The position numbers and the translations under genes were made by a program. A model generated the notes under the pieces. The model had not been told where the DNA came from. It saw only the letters and a list, made by a program, of their open reading frames with translations, and made no database searches. Of a DNA stretch of 47,932 bases, positions 1 through 12,235 are shown one piece after another. This DNA is from Chiloscyllium plagiosum. Taxonomy: Eukaryota. Within the stretch, counting starts at the first letter, position 1, and the number at the start of each line of letters is the position of its first letter. The stretch is taken from the NCBI RefSeq assembly GCF_004010195.1, contig NC_057719.1, positions 78,101,929 to 78,149,860 of the forward strand. Direction: 5' to 3'.

Positions 1-67
1 ATCTTTTAAACTTCATGTCCTGATAATTAAAATGATTTGCAGATAGGACTGTATGCTGCTGTCAGTG

Positions 68-1495
68 AGGAACATGGGAACAGAATTAGGCTATTCAGCC
101 TTTTAAGCCTGTTCCACCATTCATTAAGATCATAGCTGTTCTATTACCTAATTCCATATATCTGCCTTTGGCCCTACCTCTTAAAACCAGCATTTAGCAA
201 AAGTTTATCTGTCTCAGATTTAAAATTAACAACTGATCCAGCATACACTGCCATTTCTGGAAGAGAGTTTCACACACCTACCCACCCTTTGTGTGTAGAA
301 CAGCTTCTTCACTTCTCTCTGAACGGTCTGGCCCTAATTCTTACACTATGCCCCCTAGTTCTAGAATCCCGAACCACCAGCAATAATGCATCCTTACCTA
401 CCCTGTCTTTTCCAGTTAATAACTTAAAGACTTCAATCAGATCACCTTTAGAAATTTGACAGGTGAACTCGAGAGAAAACCGATCTAATTTGTATAATCT
501 CTCCGCATAATGTAACCTTTGTAGTCTGGGTACCATTCTTCTACTACATGATACTTGCTCCCAAACTAATGTATCCTTCCTAACGTGTGGTGGCCAGATC
601 TGCTCACAATACTCCAAATGGGGTCTAAGCAGGGTTTTAAGCTGCATCCTTTGTCACCCATTCCCCTCGATATAAAGGCTAGCATTCCATTAAGTTTCTT
701 GATTTTTGTTTGTACCTTCGGGAGCTATGCACCTAAACCCCTAAGAATCTTTGGACATCCACTGTATTTAACTTCAGAACATCTAGAAAGTACTCTGACC
801 TACCCTTTTTCAGTCCAAAATGTAACCTCCCAGTTGCTTACATTGAACTCCATCTGCCACGGTTTTGACCAGTCGCTTAGCCTTTTAATATCTCTTAGTG
901 TAGATGATAGCATAAAATCACAATCTGCAATGCTAGCTAACTTTGTGTCATCAGCAAATTGGACAGATAATTTTCTATGCCATTATCCAAGTCATTAATA
1001 ACTAATATGAATAATAGAGGTCCTTATACAGATCCTTGTGGGACACCATTGGTCACATCTCTGCCGATTTGAGACCCGACCCATTATCCCTGCTTTCTGT
1101 CACCAGCCACTCAACCAATTTCCCAGTCACGTCAGTACTTTGTCCTCAATTCTGTGGGCTTCTACCTTTGTTAACAGTCTCTTAAAGGACTTTATCAAAT
1201 GCCTTCAGGAAGTCTATATAAACAATATCCATAGACATTCTCCTGTCCACTGTTTCAGCCACTTCTTCAAAACATTCAGTGAGGTTGACATGCATGGCCT
1301 AGCTGCCATGACGCACACTGGCTCTCCCTGAGAAACTGAAAGTTTGTGAGGTGTTCGGTTAGCCCATCCTTGATTATAGACTTCAACAGTTTCCCCACCA
1401 CATATGCTATGCTAACTGGTCTGTAATTCCCAAATTTTCCTGTTCTGCCCTTCTTTAAAAACTGGAGTGGCATGTGCAATTTTCCAATCCAGAGG
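68..1495 (-). mobile_element. CR1-clade LINE, decayed RT region plus 3' end
   Basis: Minus-strand ORF fragments GNYRPVSIAYVVGKLLKSIIKD (1276-1479), an ADDTKL-like RT motif near 940, and PHLEYCEQIWPPH / GDLIEVFK / RTRGHS (309-647); CR1-type tail near 70-130. Confidence 0.88.
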
Positions 1496-1791
1496 GAGAC
1501 TCATACTGTTCTACCCTTTCAGCCTGGGTTTGGCTACACCACAGATTGATGCTGTTCCTAACAGTCTTATGCCAAATGACTCATGAATATGTTCTTATTG
1601 AACTGAAGTTTACAATCTGCAGACCCTAACTGGTGTCACAAAGTTAGAAATTGCTGGAAACTGCATAGTCACACCAATTGGAATATGTGTAATGTGTGAT
1701 GACATTACAGAACTAATGTACCAGCTGCATCTTGTGTGCACTTTGCCTTTCATGCAGTTCCCTGAATGGACTCCATGTTCTGTGTGTCAGT

Positions 1792-1868
1792 ATTTTCTCA
1801 TGAACCTGTTCAGAGATGTTATGACACACCTCTGGAGGAGGTACAACTTAAACCCAGGTCTCGTAGCA
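1792..1868 (-). mobile_element. Short tRNA-derived SINE fragment (same family as 3020-3135)
   Basis: aacctgttcagagatgttatgacacacctctggag resembles the reverse complement of the 3090-3130 segment. Confidence 0.5.
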
Positions 1869-2089
1869 AAATGTACTGTGTGTTTGTAATGTGACATGGC
1901 AGTGCTGTTAGTTAGTCTGCTTTGAATTTTCAAGTTACATCCATTTAAATTGGGTGTTTCACTGTAACATATTGTACCCTTTTAAATTAACTCCTCCACA
2001 GAGTTAATCAATGCCTAATGAGTGATCAACTATCAGACCATTTTATAACCCATTAACCATCAATCATGAATGACAACTCTCTGGTATCC

Positions 2090-2360
2090 ACCTCCTCCCC
2101 CCACCACTGCGGCTGCTCTCACACCAACACCCTGTGAGGCACATTCACCCCAAATCCCACATTCCTGCAGCTGCCTTCTCTCCACCACTTTCCATGAACA
2201 CCTTCTCCCCATCCCCTACAGACTCATTCTCTCCCGCTGCCTCCACCTCCCCACCTGCACCTTCTCCCCATCCCCCAGACACTCCTTGTCTCCACCTGCT
2301 GCCACCCTCCCTGTATCAGCTGTATTCCCTCCCACCACCTGCAGTTTCCTCCCCCTCTCT
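2090..2360. repeat. C/T-rich low-complexity tract
   Basis: Strong C skew (ccacctcctcccccaccact..., ttctccccatcccc twice); overlapping Pro/Ser-rich ORFs reflect this composition. Confidence 0.6.
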
Positions 2361-2409
2361 CGGTAGTCTCCATCTCCTGTGTGTTGACTGGGAGGAGGGA
2401 CAGTAACCG

Positions 2410-2645
2410 GGCAATAAAGATTTAAGATTATTGATAACGGGGCAAGAGAGAAAGGAAGAGAATTTTATTCCTCATTGAGTTATGATGATCTGCCTGAAAA
2501 GGTAGCGGAAACTGATTTTAAGCGTAGTTTTCAAAAGGGATTCAGATATGTACTTGCAAAGGAAACACATTTGTAGTGGCACTGGAATAAAGCAGGGGAA
2601 TGACTCCATGAGACTCCAAAGGCTGTGATCTTGTAGCCATTATAC
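2410..2645 (+). mobile_element. Old CR1 3' fragment
   Basis: ctgcctgaaaaggtagcggaaact...ttttcaaaagggattcagatatgtacttg...aagcaggggaatg matches the CR1 C-terminal LPE.VVEA..FKRELD pattern. Confidence 0.65.
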
Positions 2646-3019
2646 AGACATGGTCACATGGAAATCAAGTCTGGGAACTAAATATTCAGGTGAGTGCAAC
2701 GTTTTGAAAGGATGGGTGGGAAGGAAAGACTGGTGAGGTATATAGAATGATAGCAACAAATGATCTTGAATTTGAAATGATTGAGAGTTTTGTTTGGCTA
2801 CATGTGAGTGCTTTGGAATTGGGTGAAAACACCCTGAGTTTCAAGGGATAAGTGGTAAAGTTAATTTCAGGGCTAATCTTCAAGCTAAATTAGTTCTTTA
2901 ATCGAGTAACTAAAAGCTGCTCTGTTTGGGTGTAGTTTTAATTACATGTCTGAAACAGGAGTCAGCTGAGCTGCTCTTGGGTGAAGCTGGTTAACTGAAC
3001 AAACTATATGATCCTGTTC

Positions 3020-3135
3020 AGGGGCCCTCTTGTGACTCACTGGTAGTGTTGTTACCCCATGGACTGGGAGGCCCATGTTCAAGTCCCACCTGCTCCAGCG
3101 GTGTACAATAACTTTTCTGAGCAGGTTGATTAAAA
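3020..3135 (+). mobile_element. Short tRNA-derived SINE
   Basis: A-box-like tggtagtg, B-box gttcaagtccc, ending gagcaggttgattaaaaa; related copy at 1792-1868. Confidence 0.55.
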
Positions 3136-3520
3136 AGTATTTTAATTAAAAATATTTGATCCTATTCAGAAGCATTGTTTTTGGGGGCCTATAAAAAAGA
3201 GGGAACTCAGTGCTGATTGGCTAAACAATAGTGCTTCCGAATTGGGTAAAAACAGGGAGTAGGTGAAGCTGAAAGACCGAGAGTAGTGCTCAGTTCCAGT
3301 CTAGGCCGTTCAGAAAGTAACACTGTTTCAATGGAAACAGCCAACTGGTAAGTGATACCTGCAGAATATTTTTTTGAAGCATAATATACAGGCAGTTTTC
3401 ATATAAAACATGTTTTTGCAGCTAGAACGTCGCTGAAGAATTAGTTTCGAGAATGCTTACCTCTTCTCAATAGTACGATTCAAGTGAGGATCGTTTCACA
3501 CGCTTTTTTTTAAGAATTAT

Positions 3521-3828
3521 ATAGAATCCCTACAGTGTGGAAGCAGGCCCTTTGGGCCAACAAGAGCCACCCAGACCCATTCCCCTACATTTACCCCAGA
3601 CTAATACACCTAACCTACACATCCCTGAACACTACAGGCAATTTAGCATGGCCAAATCACCAACCTGCACATCTTTAGATTGTTGGAGGAAACCAGAGCA
3701 CCCAGGGGAAACTCATGCAGACACTGGGAGAATGTGCAAACTCCACACAAACAGTCACCTGAGGCAGGAATCGAACCTGGGTCCCCGGTGCTGTGAGGCA
3801 ACAGTGCTAACCACTGACCCATAATGCC
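3521..3828 (-). mobile_element. HE1-type SINE (elasmobranch V-SINE)
   Basis: Reverse complement gives tRNA head (cagtggttagcactgttgcctcacag...ggttcgattcc), V-domain (gtgtggagtttgcacattctccc...ggtttcc) and CR1-derived tail. Confidence 0.9.
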
Positions 3829-4550
3829 ATGTTCTGCGCATGCACCAATGTCACCTGCAGCCACTGTACTACTGTACATTGAGCAGCTTCATCTCAAACA
3901 TTAAACTAATAAATATTCATTGGTCTCCCTCTGAAACATGAATATTCTTGTATAATTCCTGTATTAGCCTTTAGTAAATCCTGCAGGACTGCATTACTCT
4001 TTATATTTACCATTTGCCTTTCTAATTTGTTCTTGTACATGCATATCACAGAATCTAAACCAACCCCCAAGAAACAGTCAGAAGACAATCACCTGACGGT
4101 GGCGGTGATGATGACCCTCTCTCCCCGCATTAACAATATTTTTTCAATGCAATGTGTTAAATTTACTTTTGTTTTGCCAATATAGATGATTGAAACCTTC
4201 ATTCAGGCTGTGCTATACTTTGTGTTAGGCTTTTGGGTGATTTTCGAGTGATCGTGAGTGTTGTTTTTTGCACGTCTGCCCCAACACCACTTTTCTCACA
4301 GGCCCTATTATTTCTATTAAGCGAGGTTTCGCTGGAAAGCAACTACGGCATTATCGGAGAACTACGAGCATTGGCATTAATAAAGGTAGGGACTTGCAAT
4401 AATGGTGCAAGTGTTTGAAATGCAGGAAGGTCCTTAGCTCGCTTAAATTCTCTTAAAGAGAATAACTAGTTTAATCCAGAGAAGAGTCATGACAGCAGAC
4501 TTCAGATTTGTGTACTCCTCTTGCACAATGAGGGCAATAAGGGAAGCTTC

Positions 4551-4775
4551 AGAACATAAGAAATGGAAGTAAGGCCATTCGACCCATCCAGTCCACTCTG
4601 CCATTCAATCATGGCTGATGGGCATTTCAACGCCACTTACCTGCAGTCTCCCCGTATCCCTTAATTCCTTGCAAGATTAAGAATTTACCAATATCTGTCT
4701 TGAATACATTTAATGTCCCGGCCTCCACTGCGCTCCATGGTAATGAATTCCATAGGCCCACCACCCTCTGGCTGA
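4551..4775 (-). mobile_element. CR1 3' end fragment
   Basis: ORF 4627-4821 contains FSQRVVGLWNSLPWSAVEAGTLNVFKTDIGKFL..GIKGYG, the CR1 C-terminal motif, followed by the tail. Confidence 0.88.
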
Positions 4776-4839
4776 AGCTTCCAGTGTCCCTGATGGCTAC
4801 CTGTTCAGGAAGTGTGTTCATTGCTGACTAACCGCTTTC

Positions 4840-5650
4840 TGGGGCTAGAGCTGTGGGTGGACTCACTGTATAGATGATAGACAGAAAGGGAATGGGTGAC
4901 GATCAGACAAAGTGAAAGACTCAAGAAGGAAGTGCAAGAGTTACCTGTGGTCATTCTCCTTCTCAAACAGATGCACCACTTTGAAAACTCTCGGGAGGGA
5001 ATGGCCTCTCAGGGGATAGCAGCATCAGCCACGTTCATGGCACCATGGGTGGCTCTGCTGGAGAGAAGGGAAGGAAAATGAGTGGCAGGGCTGTAGTGAG
5101 AGGGGATTCAATAGTAAGAGGTACAGACAGGCACTTCTGTGTGGCATGAATCCAAGATTGTATGTTGCTTCCCTAGTGCCAGGGTCAGGGATGGCATGGA
5201 GCAGCTGCAGGAGGGTGAACAGCCAGTGATTGTGCTACACAAAACATCCAACATCATAGGTAAACGAAGGTTTGAGGATTTGAAAACTGAATCTGGGGAG
5301 TTAGAAGATGAATTAGAATATAGGACCTCAAATGTAGGAATCTCAGGATTACTCCCAGTGCCACATGCTAGTGAGAGCAGGAATAAGAGGAGAGATGAGA
5401 TGAATGTATGGCTGTAGAAATGGTATGCCAGGGAAGGGTTTAGATTGTTAAGGCATTGGGACTGTTTCTGGCGAAGGTGGGACCTGTACATACCTGATGT
5501 GGGCAGCGCTGGGACAAATATCCTCACAGGGGTCTTATGCTGATTCCATTGGTGAAGTCCTCAACGAGTATGGTGAGGATGGGATCCCAAGTGTAAGCTT
5601 AGATGGGTCAGATTCAGATCAGGAAATGGGAGGTCGAACATCAATTAGCA
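4840..5650 (+). mobile_element. CR1 ORF1 (SGNH esterase-like) relic, 5' part of the long CR1 copy spanning 4840-10205
   Basis: GDSIVRGTDRHFC, VCCFPSARVRD, VGISGLLPVPHASESRN..MNVWL, REGFRLLRHW motifs with stops and frameshifts. Confidence 0.85.
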
Positions 5651-5919
5651 ATTGTCTTGGATCACAAGTGTATCTGAGCCGTTCTTTTAGATTCTATTAA
5701 ATATAATTAAGAGAAGAGTCGACAACGATTTCCTTAAATGTGGGTGCTTATTAAGTAATAATGATAATCAGAAAGGAGAAAAATCAGCAAGCCTCATATC
5801 CTTCTGCACATCGGGAACCCCTCGATCGATGGCTCGTCTAGAGGCTTAGGTTCATTCCGAGCTCCGTTCACAAACCTGGCCCAAGGTGAATTCCAAAACC
5901 CAGGATGAAACTCACTGTC

Positions 5920-6762
5920 TCTTATGTAGCTGCTGTAATGGAAACCTGACTGGAGGTTGGACACAATTGGCAGCTCAATATCCTTTGATATGGAGTTTTT
6001 AGGCAGGATAGAGTGGGTGACAATAAACAAAGGGGTGTAGTAGTATTGGTTAAAGAATAAATTACACTTGTCAGAAGGGATGACATACTAAGCACGTTAA
6101 CAAATGAAGCCTTATGGGTTGAGGTTAGGAATGAAAATGGGGCAGTTACACTGCTAGGAGTATACTACAGACCCTCAAAGTGAGAGGGAAATAGAAGGAT
6201 ATGTATGCAGACAGATTTCTGCCTTTAATTGTAGGTGACTTTAACTATCCCTATATCAACTATCCCAATTTCAAACAATAATAAGGGGCATTGAAGAGAA
6301 AAAAAAATCATGTACTGTGTCCAGGATTTCTTATTGAACAATACCTGACCAGCTTAACAAGAGGTGATGCAATTCTAGATTTATTTTTGGGAAATGAAAA
6401 TGGCCAAGTGGGTGACCTCATCAGGTACAGTGACCACAATTTGTTATTATAGACAAGGACAGAGATAAATCAGGATTAAAAGTTTTAACTGGGGGAAGGC
6501 AAATTTTACAAAACTGAAGTGATTTGGCTGAAGTGGACTGGATAGGAAGCGAAAGGATAAATCAGTGGTGAACCAATGGGAGGTGACAAAAACTGAGATG
6601 CTTAAGGGACAAAGCAGCCATGTCTGCTCCAAAAATAAGAACAGTACTGCCAAATCTAGACCCCCGTGGATGTATAGAAAAATACAGGAGATGATTAATC
6701 AAAAATGTTGTCACAAAAAAGCTCAACACTGCCGATAACCTTGAGTAGCACAGGCAGAACAG
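5920..6762 (+). mobile_element. CR1 ORF2 APE endonuclease/linker relic
   Basis: Decayed ETW..WQLNI, LWVEVRN, LLGVYYRP, VGDFNYP, TRGDAILDLFLGNE and SDHN motifs. Confidence 0.85.
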
Positions 6763-8132
6763 GAATCAATGTCGAAATGTGAGGCGCTGAAAAAGCACAG
6801 CAGGTCAGGCAGCATCCGAGGAGCCGAAGAATCGCCATTTTGGGTGGAGGGGTAGAAGGGGCTGAGAGATAAATAGGTGGCTGTGAAGGTGGTAAGTATT
6901 TGCATTTGGGGGGTGATGGTGATAGGTCAGAGTGGAGGTTGGAGCGGATAGTTGGGGAGGAAGATGGACAGGGCAGTGCCGAGTTGGAGGGTTGGATCTG
7001 GGATGAGGTGAGGGGAGGGGAGATGAGGAAACTGGTGAAGTCCACATCTATGCGGTGTGGTTGGAGGGTCCCAATGTGGAAGATGAGGCGTTCTTCCTCC
7101 AGGCGTCGGGTGGCTAGGATTTGGAGGTGGATGAGGCCCACTGACTTGCATGTCCTTGGCGGAGTGGGAGGGCAAGCTGAAGTGGTTGGCCACAGGGCAG
7201 TGTGATTGTTGGTGTGGCTGTCCCAGAGGTCTTCCCTGAAATGCTCCGCAACTAGGCATCCTGCCTCCCCAATGTAGAGGAGGCCACATCAAGAGGAACG
7301 GACACAGTAGATGAGGTGTTTAGAGGTACAGGAAAACTCTGCCAGATGTGGAAGGACATTTGGGCCCTTGGATGGGGGTGAGGGGGGAGGTGTGAGCACA
7401 GGTTTTACACCTCTTGCGGCAGAAGGGGAAGGTGCCAGGAGTGGAGAGTGGGTTGAAGTGGGGCGTGGACCTAATGAGCGTGTCGCGAAGGCATTGGTCT
7501 CTGTGGAATGCTGAAAGGGGTCGGGGGGAAATATATCTCTCGTGTTGGGGTCTGATTATGGATGGCAGAAAAGGCAGAGGATGGTGCGTTGTATCCGGAG
7601 GTTGATGAGGTGGAAGGTGAGGACCACAGTGGTTCTGTCCTTCTGTTGCGATTGGAGGGGTAGGGTTCAAGGGCAGAGGTTGAGGAGATCCACTGGAGGG
7701 TATCATTGATCACATGGGAGAGGAACTTGCAGTCCTTGAAATAGGCCATCTGGGATGTCCTGGAGTGGAATTGCTCCTCCTGGAACAGATGCGGTAGACG
7801 TGGAGGAATTGGGAATAAGGAATATCATTTTTGCAGGAGGCAGGGTGGGAAGAGGTGTACTTCAGGTAGCTGTGGGAGTCAGTGGGTTTGAAGTAGATGA
7901 CCGTGTTGAATCAGCCGTCAGAGATGGACACATAGAGGTCAGGAAGGGGAGGGAGGTGTCCGACATGGTCCAGGCGAATTTAAGGTCAAGATGGAAGTGA
8001 AGTTGATGAACTGTTCGATGTCCTTGTGGGAGCACAAGGTGATGCCGATCCAGTCGTCAATGTCGTGGAGGAGAAGGTGAGGAATGGTGCTGGTGTCACT
8101 GCGGAAGATGGACTGTTTCACATATCTGACAA
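6763..8132 (-). mobile_element. Penelope-like element (RT C-terminus + GIY-YIG endonuclease + 3' tail) inserted in CR1
   Basis: Minus strand: LLHDIDDWIG (YIDD-type RT motif), PGTFPFCRKRCKTC, CGLLYIG, CPVANHF..PSHS, RRLEEERLIFHIGTLQP..IDVDF; tail ctcctcggatgctgcctgacctgctgtgc. Confidence 0.88.
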
Positions 8133-10205
8133 AGATGGATCTTGTAAATAAAAATAAGGAAATCAAACAGAGTTCATGACAACACATTAATAAGCAAGAT
8201 AAAGGAAACCCCAAACATGTTTTACCAGTATGTAAAGAGTATACTTAAGGAAAAAGTGAGAGATGAAGTAGGGAATTTGTGTGAAGATGCAGAGGAGATG
8301 AGATGAATTTTAAATGAATTTTTGTTTCAATATTGACAAAGGAAAGGGATGATATGAATGTAGTAAGCCAAGAGAAGAAGTGTAAAATTTTGGACAAAAA
8401 TAATCATAATGAGAGGGGACGTGTTTGAGGAGTTGGAATACTTCAAAAATGGATAAGTCGTCAGGACCAGATGGATTCTTCCCTAGGATTTTGAAGGGAG
8501 TCAGGAAGGAAATAGCAGAGGCACTGAGGATTGTTTTCCAATCTTCACTAGATGCAGGTGAGGTGCCGGACAACTGGAGGAATGTAAATGTAGTTCCACT
8601 GTTTAAAAAGGGAGTAAAGGAAATGCCAAAAAAAAAACAATCATAAGCCAGTTAGTCTTATTTCAGTGGTGAGCTAATTGTTCAAGTCAATCCTGAGAGA
8701 CATGGAAAGACATGGACTAGTTGGAGATAGTCAGCATGGCTTTGTTAAGACCTATTCGCAGAATGCTTCAGAGGACGTTGCTGGGATACCCGCATCAACC
8801 AACCCCACCGCCCCGTAGCCGAACACTTCAACTCCAAGGACATGCAGTCCTGGGCCGTCTCCATCGCCACGCCCTAACCACCCAACGCCTGGAGGAAGAA
8901 CGCCTCATCTTCTGCCTTGCAACCCTCTAACCCCACGGCATCAATATGGATTTCACCAGTTTCCTCATTTCCCCTCCCCCACCTTACTCAGTGCCAACCT
9001 TCCAACTTGACACCACCCTCATGACCTGTTCTACCTGTCAATCTTCCTTCCCACCTATCCGCTCCACCCTCCTCTCCGACCTATCACCATTACCCCCACC
9101 TCCATCCACCTATCGCACTCTCAGCTACCTTTCCCCCAGCCCCACCACCCCCTCCCATTTATCTCACCACCCCGTCAGCTCACAGCCTCATTCCTGATGA
9201 AGGGCTTTTGCTTGAAAAGTCAATTCTCCTGCTCCTTGGATGCTGCCTTACCTGCTGTGCTTTTCCAGCACCACACTCTCGACTTTGTTAAGAGAAGATC
9301 ATGCCTTAATCAAATTTGATTAACTTATTTGAGAGTCGATGAGGGTAGTGTAGAGGATAGTGTCTACATGGGTATTAGAAAGGCATTTGATAAGAATTTA
9401 TATGGCAGACTGGTCAAAACAGTAAACGTCCATGGGATACAGGATAATATGTTGAATCGGATCCAAAATTGGCTTAGTAACGGGAAACAAAGGGTAATGG
9501 TCAATGACTACCCTTGCAAGTGGAAAGCTGTTTCAAATGGTGTTCCACAGGGTTCAGTGTTGGGACCTCTGCTGTCTGTATTACACATTAACCATTTGGA
9601 CTTGAGCATGGGGGGCATATTTGGGAAATTTGCAGACAACACAAGAATCGGTCAAGTACAGGATAGCTCCAAGCTCCAAAATGAAATAGATGGGCTGGTG
9701 AAATGGGCAGGAAAGTGGCAGCTGGAGCTCAACTCTGATAAATGTGCATTTAGGGAGGTCAAACAGTAAAATGGAATATACTGAAAGGGGTAGATGAAGT
9801 GAGGGATCTTGGCATGCAAGTGCACAGATCCCTAAACGCAGCAGTACAGGTAGATTAAGTTTTAGACCATGTATATGAAATGCTGTCCTTCATTGATAAT
9901 GGTATAGAATACAAAAGTAGGGATATAATGATGAAACTGTATAAGATTCTGATGAAGTCACTACCAAAGTACTGTGTGCAGTTCTGGTCCCCACATTACA
10001 GGAAGGACACAATTATTCTGGAGAGAGTGTAGAGAATATGCCAGGGCTGGGGAATTGTAGCTACGAGGAGAAATTGGGATTGTTTTCCTTTGAATGTAGA
10101 AGGCCGAGGGGGGTGACATAATTGAGGTATGCAAAATTGTGAGGAGTAGAAATAAAATAGACAGGGAGAACCTTTTCCTATGGCTGAGAGTTTTAAAAAC
10201 TGCAT
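8133..10205 (+). mobile_element. CR1 ORF2 RT and C-terminal relic, interrupted at 8751-9282
   Basis: DKSSGPDGFFPRILK, WRNVNVVPLFKKG, QHGFVK|RRSCL (split by the insertion), KAFDK, GVPQGSVLGPLL, KFADNT, YCVQFWSPH. Confidence 0.9.
8751..9282 (+). mobile_element. Penelope-like 3' fragment with 11-bp TSD
   Basis: QRLEEERLIFCLATL*PHGINMDF, same tail as 6763-8132; flanked by ctttgttaaga at 8740-8750 and 9283-9293. Confidence 0.88.
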
Positions 10206-10857
10206 TGGGTGAATATAATTCAGGGAACTGATATACAGCTTGCTTGAAAATATGATGTGGAATTTATGTAATTGTCTTCATCTTCAAGTTACCATGTTCT
10301 CCCTTTTGTTCTTCCCATATTAGCCAATATTGAAAGGCTGGAATGGGAGCCGCATTCCATGTTTTTATCTGACTAATTCCCAAACCAGGATCTTCAGTCT
10401 TCCATCCCACCTGGAAGTTGCTATGACTCAAGGTCACAGAGTTGTGATGGCACAGATGGAGGTCATTGATGCCACACTGGCTCCCTGTAGAAACTACTGT
10501 ACACTAAACACATTAAAAAATACTGTTAGTAGAAAATAATTTTTAATCTTTAATATTCTCCCTTGTAATGACAAAAATGTTCAGATCTGATATAAAAGGT
10601 TCGAGGAAGCCTTGATGTATCTCCTTTGGAAGGTACATTATCTGGTTCATTGGTACCATTTTGAAGTCTTGGGTCACAATGCAGAAATCAGTTTCTCGAA
10701 TCTGCACTGTAGAAGGGCAGGTCATTCTATCACTAATCCAGATCAAACCAAGGATAGCCACTTCCATCAGGAGAAGCCAAGAGCAGAGTCTTCAACCTCT
10801 GGCCCAGGCCAGGGCTCTTTTACAGCTTGTATCATTCGAGAGCGGCGAACATTACCA

Positions 10858-10960
10858 GAATCAAAAACACAAGTTGCTGGGAAAGCTCAGCAGGTCTGGC
10901 AGCATCTGTGAAGAGAAATCAGTCAACGTTTCGGGTCTAGTGAGTCTTCCTCAGAACAGA
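10858..10960 (-). mobile_element. Penelope-derived tail (family B) with hammerhead-like motif
   Basis: Near-identical to the arms of 34822-35027; reverse complement contains gttCTGAGGAagactcactagaccCGAAACGTTgac. Confidence 0.75.
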
Positions 10961-11399
10961 GTGATCCGTTTCTGACCCAGAATGTTAGTTAATAATGAAC
11001 AATGCCAAGTGATAAAATGGACATTGCTGATTGTACTATTTAACAAGATGATAGCACTGTTTTGATGTTCCTTTTTCTTTGAAGTATGTGCCCTTGAGTA
11101 TTTGTGACAAGCTGTTGTTGATACTGCTTCGTTGGATTTTTTTGATAGAGTGAGAGAGAAAGCAATTTAAGTTGCACCATGTTTTACAAAGTAATGCAAC
11201 AGCCAACTTCAAATTAATCGAATCTAAGTTAACTGAAAGTGAGATCAAAGTCTTTTGCTGCGAGATGCTTCAAGGATCAGAAAGGTTGTCAGAATAAACT
11301 GCTGATGAGACGTTTTCCAATTGATGAGACTGCTGTTGCAGTTCCTCAGGCTGGCTGTAGGTGGCAGTGTTGGTAAAGGAGTTCTCCAATGTCTGACAC

Positions 11400-11880
11400 A
11401 AGATTTGAATTCACCAATTTCCAAATCTCCCTACTCCCTACTCCCCAGATCCAACCCTCCGACTCGGCACTGCCTCTTGACCTGACCTACCTGTCCATCT
11501 TCCTTCCCACATATCTGCTCCATACTTCCCAAATGAAGGGCTTATGCTCAAAACATCGACTCTCCTGCTCCTTGGATGTAGCCTGACCTGCTGTGCTTTT
11601 CCAGCACCACACTTTTTGACTCTGACTCTGATCTCCAGCATCTGGAGTCCTCAATTTCTCCATACTTCCCACCCAGATATCACAATCACCTCCGACCTGC
11701 ACCTCTACCTATCACCATCCCACCCACTTTACCCCTCGCCCCACCGCACCTCCCCCATTTATCTCTCCGCCCCCTTCTCCCTCCCCAGCCCTGATGAAGG
11801 GTCATGCCTGAAACATCATGTCTGTTGGTCCTCGGATGCTGTCTGACCTGCTGTGCATTTTCCAATGCCACGCATTATCG
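11400..11880 (+). mobile_element. Penelope-like 3' fragment containing a nested Penelope tail (11532-11657)
   Basis: FEFTNF..ccagatccaaccctccgactcggcac as in 6763-8132; nested insert flanked by ctccatacttccca (11518-11531 and 11658-11671). Confidence 0.82.
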
Positions 11881-12059
11881 TTTCTAATCAATCCCAAGCT
11901 CATTTGGGATCCAGGGCCTGTATCCCTAGTCCTGGCTAAGTGAAGTTTGTCATGTGAGAATTACCAATTGCCTGTGATCAATTTAACTTTCCTGAAATTA
12001 TTTCCAAGCCAATACCTACCTCGCAAACTGCATTGCCGAAAGAAAGGTTGATCTGTCCA

Positions 12060-12178
12060 TGTAGATTTTGTGCTGTGCACAAACTGCTTCCTACAATTGT
12101 CAATAACAGTAATTATAATTCAAAATTAATTTGTTAGCTATAAGATGCCTTGATGTCCTGAGGACATGAGAGTTGAAA
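12060..12178 (+). mobile_element. Deu/SacSINE1-like SINE 3' relic
   Basis: tgctgtgcacaaactgcttcctaca...aacagt...ttcaaaa...gatgtcctgagg resembles the 3' part of shark Deu-SINEs. Confidence 0.55.
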
Positions 12179-12235
12179 GGTCACCCCAACGTGCTAGAAA
12201 GGAGATAACGGTAAAACTTGTGACTGGTACATGTA

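Noticed and set aside
2070..2406. Pro/Ser-rich ORFs
   Set aside because: Artefact of C-rich low-complexity sequence
3200..3356. Promoter-like block (two ATTGG boxes, ACTG|GTAAGT donor)
   Set aside because: Resembles LINE 5' UTR relics; motifs too short to support a host promoter call
10543..10857. Overlapping ORFs as a host exon or Gypsy integrase piece (KEIHQG)
   Set aside because: Similarity limited to a few residues; no supporting motifs or splice sites
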